A stretch of 13,411 bases of DNA from a virus. Below, in pieces: positions 6,478 to 13,307 of this stretch. Every line of letters starts with the position of its first letter. Within the stretch, counting starts at the first letter, position 1. The position numbers were made by a program, and so were the translations under genes. A model generated the notes under the pieces. That model was not told the origin of the DNA. It did not search any database and was given only the letters and a program-made list of their open reading frames with translations. The stretch lies in UHGV virus genome UHGV-0394570; one strand, 5' to 3'.

Positions 6478-7560
6478 TTACCCGAGCACGCCAGTTGCAA
6501 AGGCGTGATCAAGAAAACGAAAAATTAACTCAACCTGGGAGCCGTACTTTTTCTCAAACTCCAGCGGGTCAGCATGAAGTTCGTTGTGATGTTCCCGGCA
6601 CAACGGTAGCGTGAAAATATCGTGGGCCTTTGTTCCCATTCCCCCCTGACCATGACCAATCAGGTGATGCGGATCGTCAGCTGGCTTACCACAACACGCA
6701 CACGGCTGTGTCTTTACCCAGCGCGTGTATTTCTCATTAACCCAACGGCGACGTTTAGGCCGCCTCATGAACGATTCAGGAGACTCCGGATCAACGGCGA
6801 TACTGACAACCGTTTTTTTCTGTGGTGGATTTTGTTGCTGGTGGACGTGAAGTGGCAGCGCAATATTTTTTGTGCGCTGCTTCAGTATGCTGATGGCTGT
6901 CTGTTCTCCCGGTACGATGTCACTCTCACGGTATACGGAGCGGATTTTTTCCGCTGGTAATCCCAGCGAACGACGCGCTACTGCCTCAGGTAGTGCATCC
7001 ACCACCTGATTGCAGGCCGCCCACCAGGATAATTCGGCCAGCGATAACTCCCTCTCCTGCGTACCGCTTATTGCGTGACGGATGACGTCAATCATCCAGG
7101 CAACCAGATTCTGTTGAGCAAGTAGCTCCAGTGAATCAGATGTCTGCTCCCGCAGGTGGTTGTCGCAGTGCCAGCACAACACCATCGCGCCGGTACCGTA
7201 ACGGTGAATGACGGTTTCGCTGTGATGATAATCGCCGTGTGGCCACTGGCAGGATTTCACGTGACGTAATAACCAGTCAGACAGTGCACCAGCGCCACCC
7301 GCAGCACGGATCACCCGCTCATCGATGAAAAATGGCAGTAATGATTTATCTTCCGCCAGCGGCTGGCGAACGGCAGGTACAACCCCGGACGGCAGAGCAC
7401 GCATGCTTTTCGGTTCCGGCTCCACCAGCACCCTGCCGCAATGAAAAACCGGCAGTGATTCACGACCGGGCGTAAGGACCACCAGCCCGAGTTCCGGAAC
7501 CAGAACAGGTCGAAGTAATACCCGCACATTACCTCCAGACGCGCTGACGGTAGCAGGCAT
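6478..7560 (-). CDS. DUF968-like prophage protein with C-terminal HNH/zinc-finger-like motif
   Basis: Track ORF starts at GTG 7581; first ATG at 7560. C-terminal Cys/His cluster CACCGKPADDPHHLIGHG...LCREHHNELH. Start overlaps the upstream ORF by at least 32 nt. Confidence 0.65.
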   Translation of the reverse strand: MPATVSASGGNVRVLLRPVLVPELGLVVLTPGRESLPVFHCGRVLVEPEPKSMRALPSGVVPAVRQPLAEDKSLLPFFIDERVIRAAGGAGALSDWLLRHVKSCQWPHGDYHHSETVIHRYGTGAMVLCWHCDNHLREQTSDSLELLAQQNLVAWMIDVIRHAISGTQERELSLAELSWWAACNQVVDALPEAVARRSLGLPAEKIRSVYRESDIVPGEQTAISILKQRTKNIALPLHVHQQQNPPQKKTVVSIAVDPESPESFMRRPKRRRWVNEKYTRWVKTQPCACCGKPADDPHHLIGHGQGGMGTKAHDIFTLPLCREHHNELHADPLEFEKKYGSQVELIFRFLDHAFATGVLG

Positions 7561-7801
7561 GTGTCCGTGGCAGATGTGCACGAACAGGAAGATATACAGA
7601 AACGGTCCAGGTCAGACGGTCAGCGTTCAGGCTCCGCTCCACACGGACACCGCGACGCCAATACGCCTGTTGAAGCATATCGGCCTCATCGGTCGAACAG
7701 AACAGATAATGAAACCAGCCATACTGAGGCACACGGAAACGCCGCCCCTGCTTAGTAGTCGGGGCGGCTTCGGAATTGTGGGATTTTATATGTTGCGCCA
7801 T
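7529..7801 (-). CDS. Hypothetical protein, about 90 aa
   Basis: ATG at 7801 with SD GGAGAAG; the track ORF begins at TTG 7864. Translation MAQHIKSHNSEAAPTTKQGRRFRVPQYGWFHYLFCSTDEADMLQQAYWRRG... No family recognised. Confidence 0.4.
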   Translation of the reverse strand: MAQHIKSHNSEAAPTTKQGRRFRVPQYGWFHYLFCSTDEADMLQQAYWRRGVRVERSLNADRLTWTVSVYLPVRAHLPRTHACYRQRVWR

Positions 7802-7880
7802 CGGCTTCTCCGGTGACGCAGCAGGTGCCAGTTGTTCAGGCTGACGGCGCGAATTGTAAGGCAATACGCCGGAATGTACA

Positions 7881-7906
7881 AACAGAAAACCCGTCAGTAA
7901 GACGGG
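7881..7906 (-). terminator. Intrinsic terminator after the YgiW/BOF gene
   Basis: Minus-strand RNA CCCGUC-UUACU-GACGGG followed by UUUUCUGUUUGU, 16 nt after the stop at 7922. Confidence 0.6.
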
Positions 7907-7921
7907 GATAACCAGAACCGG

Positions 7922-8269
7922 TTACTTTAATAATTTCAGCGTTTTTACATCCAGTTCAACACTGTTCAGGTCTTTATCAAGTTCACCCTCGATTATTACC
8001 TTATCTTCCGGAGACACATTCTGCCCGGCCCATACACTTTCATCGATATCCGTGACAATGGTTCCGCTACTGTCGCGAAACTCATAACGATCATCACCCA
8101 ATTTTTTAACGATGTGCCCTTCAAGGATAACCCATGCCTCGTCCTTCTGTTCTTTTGCCTGCACTACTGTTGTTGAACGCTCTGCTTCAGACCCCAGAAA
8201 ACCTCCCTGTTGTGCAAAAACGCCAAAAGACACGCAGGAAAAAAGGGCTGCGATTAATACTTTTTTCAT
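7922..8269 (-). CDS. YgiW/YdeI (BOF, bacterial OB-fold) family periplasmic protein, 115 aa with signal peptide
   Basis: ATG at 8269 with SD AGAGGA; track start 8350 is an upstream extension. Signal peptide MKKVLIAALFSCVSFGVFAQQ followed by an OB-fold-like body. Low-GC gene with its own terminator. Confidence 0.75.
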   Translation of the reverse strand: MKKVLIAALFSCVSFGVFAQQGGFLGSEAERSTTVVQAKEQKDEAWVILEGHIVKKLGDDRYEFRDSSGTIVTDIDESVWAGQNVSPEDKVIIEGELDKDLNSVELDVKTLKLLK

Positions 8270-8386
8270 TATCGTCCTCTTCAAGAAATTAACATGAACA
8301 CTTGCATTGCAGCATATAAAATGCGGGTGCGTTGAGGATGCCTGACACATCAGAGGTGGCGAGGGATTTCTCCCTCGCCTGGTCTC

Positions 8387-8542
8387 TTACTTCTCAGATT
8401 CGTAGTCTACGAAGACAGCGACCTCCGTCTGGCCGGTTCGGATTCGTACCTCGCAGAGGTCTTTCCTCGTTACCAGTGCCGTCACTATGACGGTTAAACA
8501 GATGACAATCAGGGCGATTAACATCGCCTTTTGCTGCTTCAT
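8387..8542 (-). CDS. hok: Hok/Gef-family type I toxin, 51 aa
   Basis: MKQQKAMLIALIVICLTVIVTALVTRKDLCEVRIRTGQTEVAVFVDYESEK: N-terminal TM helix and conserved Cys pattern, near-identical to recalled HokD/RelF. The track ORF (8599) is an in-frame 19-codon upstream extension from another ATG. Confidence 0.85.
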   Translation of the reverse strand: MKQQKAMLIALIVICLTVIVTALVTRKDLCEVRIRTGQTEVAVFVDYESEK

Positions 8543-8787
8543 AGCCTGCTTCTCCTTGCCTTTCGGCACGTAAGAGGCTAACCTACATGTGCAAAGCATG
8601 AAATTGGCCTCAGATTAATGTTAAGCGTCTTGCCGGACGCGTAATGTTAACTGGGGCTTTTCTCTGTCTGCCTTACGGTGGCATGCCCGAGGCAGACAGC
8701 CTCAAGCACCCGCAGCAATTCTACTTAACTCTCGCTTTACCGCAAACCGTTTTTACCCGATATGGGAATCCCCATATCGCAATGAAA

Positions 8788-8892
8788 TCAGTTTCCCATC
8801 CGATCCATCAAAAACACAACCAGGCAGTAAACGCCCACAACAGAAATAACGGCCAGCGCGCCTTCCATTGCCAGTGAAAGATCATCCGACAT
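8788..8892 (-). CDS. Unannotated hydrophobic micro-ORF, 34 aa (single predicted TM)
   Basis: ATG at 8892-8890 preceded by AAAGGAGGG (4-5 nt spacing); stop TGA 8788-8790. Translation MSDDLSLAMEGALAVISVVGVYCLVVFLMDRMGN. Below the ORF-track length cutoff. Confidence 0.4.
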   Translation of the reverse strand: MSDDLSLAMEGALAVISVVGVYCLVVFLMDRMGN

Positions 8893-8927
8893 ATTCCCTC
8901 CTTTGGTGTGAATCCCGGCGAACGTTT

Positions 8928-9011
8928 TTACTCCCACCGACAAATAACATATACTAAAAAAGCGATAGCCATAGCAACGCCTGTAATTGCAAAGGCTTCA
9001 GGCCAGTTCAT
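8928..9011 (-). CDS. Unannotated hydrophobic micro-ORF, 27 aa, translationally coupled to the upstream 101-aa ORF
   Basis: ATG at 9011-9009 overlaps the TGA stop (9008-9010) of the upstream ORF (ATGA overlap); stop TAA 8928-8930. Translation MNWPEAFAITGVAMAIAFLVYVICRWE. Confidence 0.4.
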   Translation of the reverse strand: MNWPEAFAITGVAMAIAFLVYVICRWE

Positions 9012-9313
9012 CGTAAAACATCCTCCACACTTATCAGTCCATTTCGCTTCAGATAGTCCATCGCCTTATCCGGTAATTTGCAGTCCAACTTCGCTTTCTT
9101 CAGATGCCTGGCTAACTGCTTTACCAGCATGGTTAACTCGTAGACCGAACGTTGATACTCCACTGGTTTGTATTCATGCAATTTACCAACTGGCTCTGCT
9201 TCCAGCAATGCCAGTGCAATCCGTGCCAGTTCCATTTGTTCGCCACGGGTAAGTCCGTTATCAAGCGGATTTTTAATGAATAATTCGATACGTTCTTTGG
9301 TAATAGAATTCAT
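9008..9313 (-). CDS. Hypothetical protein, 101 aa
   Basis: ATG at 9313 with SD AAGGTG, 1 nt after the TAG stop of the upstream 63-aa ORF. Translation MNSITKERIELFIKNPLDNGLTRGEQMELARIALALLEAEPVGKLHEYKPVEYQRSVYELTMLVKQLARHLKKAKLDCKLPDKAMDYLKRNGLISVEDVLR. No family recognised. Confidence 0.55.
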   Translation of the reverse strand: MNSITKERIELFIKNPLDNGLTRGEQMELARIALALLEAEPVGKLHEYKPVEYQRSVYELTMLVKQLARHLKKAKLDCKLPDKAMDYLKRNGLISVEDVLR

Positions 9314-9314
9314 G

Positions 9315-9506
9315 CTATTTCACCTTAATCTCAACATTTCGCAGCTTTAACTCTATTGGTAGGTCTGACTTTCCTGTTAATGCTAATGCGAGATTTTCAG
9401 GAGTAATGAGAGCAGTTATTGTTTTCCCCATCGCCAGACGAATAATCATTCGTATTTCGCGATCGTCACATGCTCCTGGTCGAACAATTGATATTTGTCC
9501 GTTCAT
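9315..9506 (-). CDS. Hypothetical protein, 63 aa
   Basis: ATG at 9506 preceded by a strong SD AAAGGAGAG; the track ORF (GTG at 9563) is an upstream extension. Translation MNGQISIVRPGACDDREIRMIIRLAMGKTITALITPENLALALTGKSDLPIELKLRNVEIKVK. Confidence 0.5.
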   Translation of the reverse strand: MNGQISIVRPGACDDREIRMIIRLAMGKTITALITPENLALALTGKSDLPIELKLRNVEIKVK

Positions 9507-9563
9507 CTCACTCTCCTTTGATGCGAATGCCAGCGGTAATTGAAGCCTGATAGCTAATTTCAC

Positions 9564-9986
9564 TCACAGTACCGCCTCCTGAAAATTACCCTGATAGAAA
9601 GCCAGTACACGCCGCATAGCTTCGCTCTTCCGGCACTCGCGACAGATTATGTTCTGTCGTCTGTTGTAACGACGTATTTCTCCGTCTGGTAATGACCAGA
9701 TAAGCTCAGGATCAACCACAACCGGTTTCTTCACCTTTGCCCTTGATAGTTTTTTGCGGGCGTTTTGCCATTCTTTACGCGCCTGCTCAGACGGGAATAA
9801 TCCGTAGCCTGAATTGTAAACATCACCACTGGCAACCAATTCTCTGGCGAGAGTGCTTATGTAATACCTTGATGCACCGGTTTTAGCCTCCAGAGCCCGT
9901 AACGTCTCGCGACCGCTCAGACGTACAAGTTCAACAACCTGCCCTTTAATTTTTTCCCGCTCTTCTGGTGTAAATACTTTTTCCAT
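9564..9986 (-). CDS. Hypothetical protein, 140 aa, with probable N-terminal winged-HTH-like segment
   Basis: ATG at 9986 with SD GGAGG; track start is TTG 10001. Translation MEKVFTPEEREKIKGQVVELVRLSGRETLRALEAKTGASRYYISTLARELVASGDVYNSGYG...; basic C-terminal half. Confidence 0.55.
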   Translation of the reverse strand: MEKVFTPEEREKIKGQVVELVRLSGRETLRALEAKTGASRYYISTLARELVASGDVYNSGYGLFPSEQARKEWQNARKKLSRAKVKKPVVVDPELIWSLPDGEIRRYNRRQNIICRECRKSEAMRRVLAFYQGNFQEAVL

Positions 9987-10001
9987 AGGTGCCTCCGGCA
10001 A

Positions 10002-10727
10002 TCACTTTTCCGACACAATACGACTGGAGGAATCGAAAATCTGTCGAACAATATCCCGGTGCGTGTTCAGCTCCCGCAGCGCAGCACAGACGCGTTCCCA
10101 CTTCTGGACATCACTTTTCGCCCGGCGCAGCTCGCGGTTAGCCACATGCAGCGATGGTAGAATCAGGTCATCTGCTTTCATTTCGCTGAGCGATGGCTGT
10201 AACTTCACAATGTCTTCCACGATTTCTGTTTTCATTTCCTCCTGTGCCGTCGTTTCCTGGACTGGTAACGCAACACCTGCTGGCTGAGGAAAGGCTTTAC
10301 CCTCCGTTTCCGCTACGGATGCAGCTTCCGGCTCTGCCGGTAAATCAGCGCCCGGTATGCAGTAACGAAATTTACCGCCCTGATTCACGCGAATCAGACG
10401 CCCTTTGCTGATTGCCATCGCCAGCGATGAATTCGCCCGGCGGGAGGTAATTCCGAACATCAGTGCCAGTTCATCCGCCGTTTGTGGGCCATGTTGTTCA
10501 ATCGCCTCTGTCAGCATTTGCGCAGTCACTTTCGGTACCGGTGACACCGATTCACTTTCACCAGCCTGAGTCAGCCACCACATCGACCCCTTGTTATCCG
10601 CTTCACCGCGGCGCTTCAGTTTCCACAGTTCGTTGACCGCCTCTTCACGGCTGATTCCAAGGCGCGATGCCACTACCTGTGAAGAGGCTTTTTTCAGTGC
10701 TTTCAGTGCGTCAAATACGGTTTCCAT
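10002..10727 (-). CDS. Hypothetical prophage protein (DUF1627-like by recollection) with two HTH-like repeats, 241 aa
   Basis: ATG at 10727 with SD GGAGGACG; track start TTG 10745. Two similar segments ([25 protein letters not shown] and [29 protein letters not shown]) followed by an acidic linker. Confidence 0.55.
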   Translation of the reverse strand: METVFDALKALKKASSQVVASRLGISREEAVNELWKLKRRGEADNKGSMWWLTQAGESESVSPVPKVTAQMLTEAIEQHGPQTADELALMFGITSRRANSSLAMAISKGRLIRVNQGGKFRYCIPGADLPAEPEAASVAETEGKAFPQPAGVALPVQETTAQEEMKTEIVEDIVKLQPSLSEMKADDLILPSLHVANRELRRAKSDVQKWERVCAALRELNTHRDIVRQIFDSSSRIVSEK

Positions 10728-10748
10728 TAAAACGTCCTCCGACAAAAA

Positions 10749-11495
10749 TTACTTCACAACCCTCTGATTGCTGACATTTGGACGCCAGCTATCCCAGTTA
10801 AACGTCACCCATCGACCACCGTTCATGGTCATGCGGTCCATAATCCTCTCACCGAGAAGCGTACTCATTGCGGCATGATTCAGGTTTGTTAACATCCCGA
10901 CACTGCACAGTGATGCTGTCCGGCGATCAATTATCTGGTGCAATACCACCTGCTCGTTTTTCGTCTCACGCTGAACGCCTATTTCATCCAGGACCAGCAA
11001 ATCAACCCCGCAAAGCTCCTGTAAAAATTTTTCCCCGGACTGGCCGTTGTCGTAGCTGTCATGCAACACACTCATGACGTCAGACACGGTGACGATAATC
11101 ACGCTGCTCCCCTTCGCCATCAGCCGGTTGCCCATCGCCGCTGCAAGGTGATTTTTCCCGGTGCCGGTTTTACCGCTGAACACAAAATTCGTGCACCCGG
11201 TCATCAGTTCGTCAGCGATGGATTTTGCCTGGCTCAGCGCGTGTTTTTGCCCGTCGTTCTGCACCTGATAATTCGCAAACGAGCATTTGCTGTGCAGAGG
11301 CTGGATGCCCGAACGATTCAGGATTTTTTCCACCCGCAACTGGCGATTCTGGCGGTTAATCTCCTCGCTGCGTTTTCGTCCTTCAGCAAGCTGCCATTCC
11401 CGCCACTCCTCCACCGTCCGGTACGGTGGAACCGCCCCCTGTGGTGCAAGTCTGCGAATACGTTCAAGAACCCCGGCTGCCGCAATGTTTTTCAT
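10749..11495 (-). CDS. DnaC-like replicative helicase loader (AAA+ ATPase), 248 aa
   Basis: ATG at 11495. Walker A-like FSGKTGTGKNHLAAA and Walker B DLLVLDEIG, matching the recalled DnaC/IstB pattern; immediately downstream of the O-like initiator. Confidence 0.85.
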   Translation of the reverse strand: MKNIAAAGVLERIRRLAPQGAVPPYRTVEEWREWQLAEGRKRSEEINRQNRQLRVEKILNRSGIQPLHSKCSFANYQVQNDGQKHALSQAKSIADELMTGCTNFVFSGKTGTGKNHLAAAMGNRLMAKGSSVIIVTVSDVMSVLHDSYDNGQSGEKFLQELCGVDLLVLDEIGVQRETKNEQVVLHQIIDRRTASLCSVGMLTNLNHAAMSTLLGERIMDRMTMNGGRWVTFNWDSWRPNVSNQRVVK

Positions 11496-11501
11496 GCCAC
11501 G

Positions 11502-12464
11502 TCACCCCCTGAATCCAGGCGGTATTTCAGTGTCCGGTTCAGAAATGTGATTCACGCAACGATGCTCGGGCGAACGCCCCAGGCGGATAACCAGTTCATC
11601 CCATTTTTCCCGGAGTTTTGCCGGACTCATGATGTTTTTTACCCAGAACGAATCCCGCTGGACACGCCCAAACATTTCACAAATCTGCCGGTGACTACGT
11701 CCATCCAGCATCCGCATTGTGCGCACGTCATTGGCCCATGCTGTCCAGTTGGGTTCTTTCGGTCTCGTGATCTCGCCATCATCGCTGGCCGCCTGCTCGT
11801 AAAGACTCACGATTCGTCCCCAGATCCACTGTGCGCACACCAAATCTTCCTGACTTCCCCACTGGCGTTTTTTCGCACTGAACACAACCGCGTCAGGGTG
11901 TCGGGTTAAAAAATCCTGTTCAGCCGTCTGCGGGTCCGGTTGCGAAGCGTCCGGACAAGAAGATCTTTTCTCTGACGGATCAGGTTTTAATACTGACGGA
12001 TCGGGGTCAATCATCGCCCCCCTAATCGGCAGTTTTTTATCAACAGTTGATCCATCAAAATTTGACGGGTCAACCGTTGAGGGGTCAATATTTGACGGGT
12101 CAACTGTTAACGGGTCATTTTTTGCCGGGCTAATTTTTCTTTTCGGTTTATATGCCTCACGCGCCGCAGTTGCAGCTGCTTCGAGTTTTTCCACATTAAG
12201 CCGATAGATATTGCTTACATTACGCCCACCGACCTTACGCTCTTCCTTCGTCAGCCAGCCCTCTTTCGCCAGTTCTGCAATAGCAGATTTAACGGTGGAT
12301 TCACTTCTGGCACCGATCTGACGCCGGATAGTTTCAATGGCAGGCCATGACACGCCCTCGTCATTGCTGTAGTCTGCTAGACGGGCCATCACTGCCACCC
12401 GGGATAAGATCATGCCGGTGAAGGCGCATCCTTCCCAGACAAGACCATGAAGCTTGCTGCTCAT
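11502..12464 (-). CDS. Replication initiator (lambda O-like), with origin iterons embedded in the coding sequence
   Basis: Track start is GTG 12479; first ATG 12464. N-terminal HTH-like domain (GMILSRVAVMARLADYSNDEGVSWPAIETIRRQIGARSESTVKSAIAELAKEGWL) and a central low-complexity repeat (DPLTVDPSNIDPSTVDPSNFDGSTVD) encoded by the DNA iterons. Confidence 0.75.
   Translation of the reverse strand: MSSKLHGLVWEGCAFTGMILSRVAVMARLADYSNDEGVSWPAIETIRRQIGARSESTVKSAIAELAKEGWLTKEERKVGGRNVSNIYRLNVEKLEAAATAAREAYKPKRKISPAKNDPLTVDPSNIDPSTVDPSNFDGSTVDKKLPIRGAMIDPDPSVLKPDPSEKRSSCPDASQPDPQTAEQDFLTRHPDAVVFSAKKRQWGSQEDLVCAQWIWGRIVSLYEQAASDDGEITRPKEPNWTAWANDVRTMRMLDGRSHRQICEMFGRVQRDSFWVKNIMSPAKLREKWDELVIRLGRSPEHRCVNHISEPDTEIPPGFRG
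11973..12150. repeat. Phage replication origin: iteron array plus adjacent AT-rich tract
   Basis: Repeated GACGG(G/A)TCA cores: TGACGGATC at 11973-11981 and 11993-12001, TTGACGGGTCAAC at 12062-12074 and 12092-12104, plus partial GGGTCA copies. Adjacent AT-rich run CATTTTTTTGCCGGGCTAATTTTTCTTTTCGGTTTATAT at 12117-12150. Confidence 0.7.
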
Positions 12465-12486
12465 AAAACCCCCGAACACCGTGCTG

Positions 12487-12912
12487 TTAGTGCATCACCA
12501 CGGCATTTCCTGCCGGGCCGCCGCGATTCATCTGGTCATACAAAACAACCGCTGACGCAACAAAATCGTCGACATCCTTCACCAGCCGATCACGCCGTTC
12601 GACAATCTCCCGGTAATACTCAGAACTGTGACTGCGCATACGGGCCACCAGCAAAGGCGGCATCGCCTTTTCGATCGCTGGTAACAGAGCCTGAATTTTT
12701 TCAACAGCATCAGGGGTGTCTTTATCCAGCCAACGGAAAATTTTCTGGGTATTACGGGCCAGGGCTTCCGGATGACTGTCGTCGTACAGTTCCGGGAACG
12801 TCATCCCCAGCTCGAAATACGCTTTGGTAATTTTCGCAGCCGGTACTTTTTCGCCGTCCGGATGCGCCCAGGCATTCATCGCCATGCGGATGTGCTCATG
12901 CTTGATTTTCAT
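12487..12912 (-). CDS. YdaT-like (CII-position) prophage protein, 141 aa
   Basis: ATG at 12912 overlapping the upstream stop (ATGA). N-terminus MKIKHEHI and second position in the Cro-like operon resemble the Rac-type ydaS-ydaT arrangement (recollection). Confidence 0.6.
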   Translation of the reverse strand: MKIKHEHIRMAMNAWAHPDGEKVPAAKITKAYFELGMTFPELYDDSHPEALARNTQKIFRWLDKDTPDAVEKIQALLPAIEKAMPPLLVARMRSHSSEYYREIVERRDRLVKDVDDFVASAVVLYDQMNRGGPAGNAVVMH

Positions 12913-13211
12913 GAATCAACTCCATCAGATAAGCATGTACTACAATCACCTTCAGCATGAACTGCATGCGTTTGCCCCAAACGAATTCCGTTCGCATACT
13001 CAGGCCAAATAAGCTCCCAATCATGGGGTCGTAGCTCCGCCCTACTTACTTGGCCTTCTGTCGCAGATTCGATCATAAGGGCGCGGGTTGGAGATATAGC
13101 TGCTCGTCCAGACGCCATTTGCGATAAGTAAGATGGCGATACACCAAGTCTGGCCGCGAATTTCTTAGCGTCACCAACCTTCAATGATTTAATAAACTCT
13201 TTTAATGTCAT
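12909..13211 (-). CDS. Cro-like HTH regulator (YdaS family), 100 aa
   Basis: ATG at 13211 with SD GAGGAAGG. HTH segment FAARLGVSPSYLSQMASGRAAISPTRALMIESATEG. Divergent from a plus-strand repressor gene across an operator-rich intergenic region. Confidence 0.7.
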   Translation of the reverse strand: MTLKEFIKSLKVGDAKKFAARLGVSPSYLSQMASGRAAISPTRALMIESATEGQVSRAELRPHDWELIWPEYANGIRLGQTHAVHAEGDCSTCLSDGVDS

Positions 13212-13307
13212 ACCTTCCTCGGTTTAGTGTTTTTTTTGAGTTTAGTGTTTAATAAACCATTAAGTCAAGTATTTGCTTGTTTAGTGATTACTAAAGATAA
13301 TTACCGC
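13212..13307. promoter_or_regulatory. Genetic-switch intergenic region: operator repeats and divergent promoters
   Basis: Three direct copies of TTTAGTG(T/A)T (13223-13231, 13241-13249, 13280-13288) and a near-palindrome TTTAGTgattACTAAA (13280-13295). Plus-strand promoter TTGCTT (13273-13278), 17 nt, GATAAT (13296-13301) ending 6 nt before the ATG at 13308. Minus-strand candidate TTGACT -35. Confidence 0.6.

Noticed and set aside
6272-7529. Alternative-frame minus-strand ORFs 6272-6472 and 7311-7529
   Set aside because: Embedded out of frame in the RusA and DUF968 genes, which are better supported.
8543-8599. 70-aa extended Hok form from the upstream in-frame ATG at 8599 as the real gene
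   Set aside because: Hok toxins are about 50 aa and the internal ATG yields the canonical N-terminus MKQQKAML; the upstream frame is more likely leader sequence or a mok-type regulatory frame than part of the toxin.
8644-9252. Plus-strand ORFs 8644-8877 and 8908-9252
   Set aside because: They overlap antisense the two minus-strand micro-ORFs and the 101-aa gene, which have good SDs and coupling; the plus frames have none.
11061-11909. 282-aa plus-strand ORF
   Set aside because: Antisense to the DnaC-like and O-like genes, which have strong motif support; no SD; Arg/His/Pro-rich translation typical of antisense frames.
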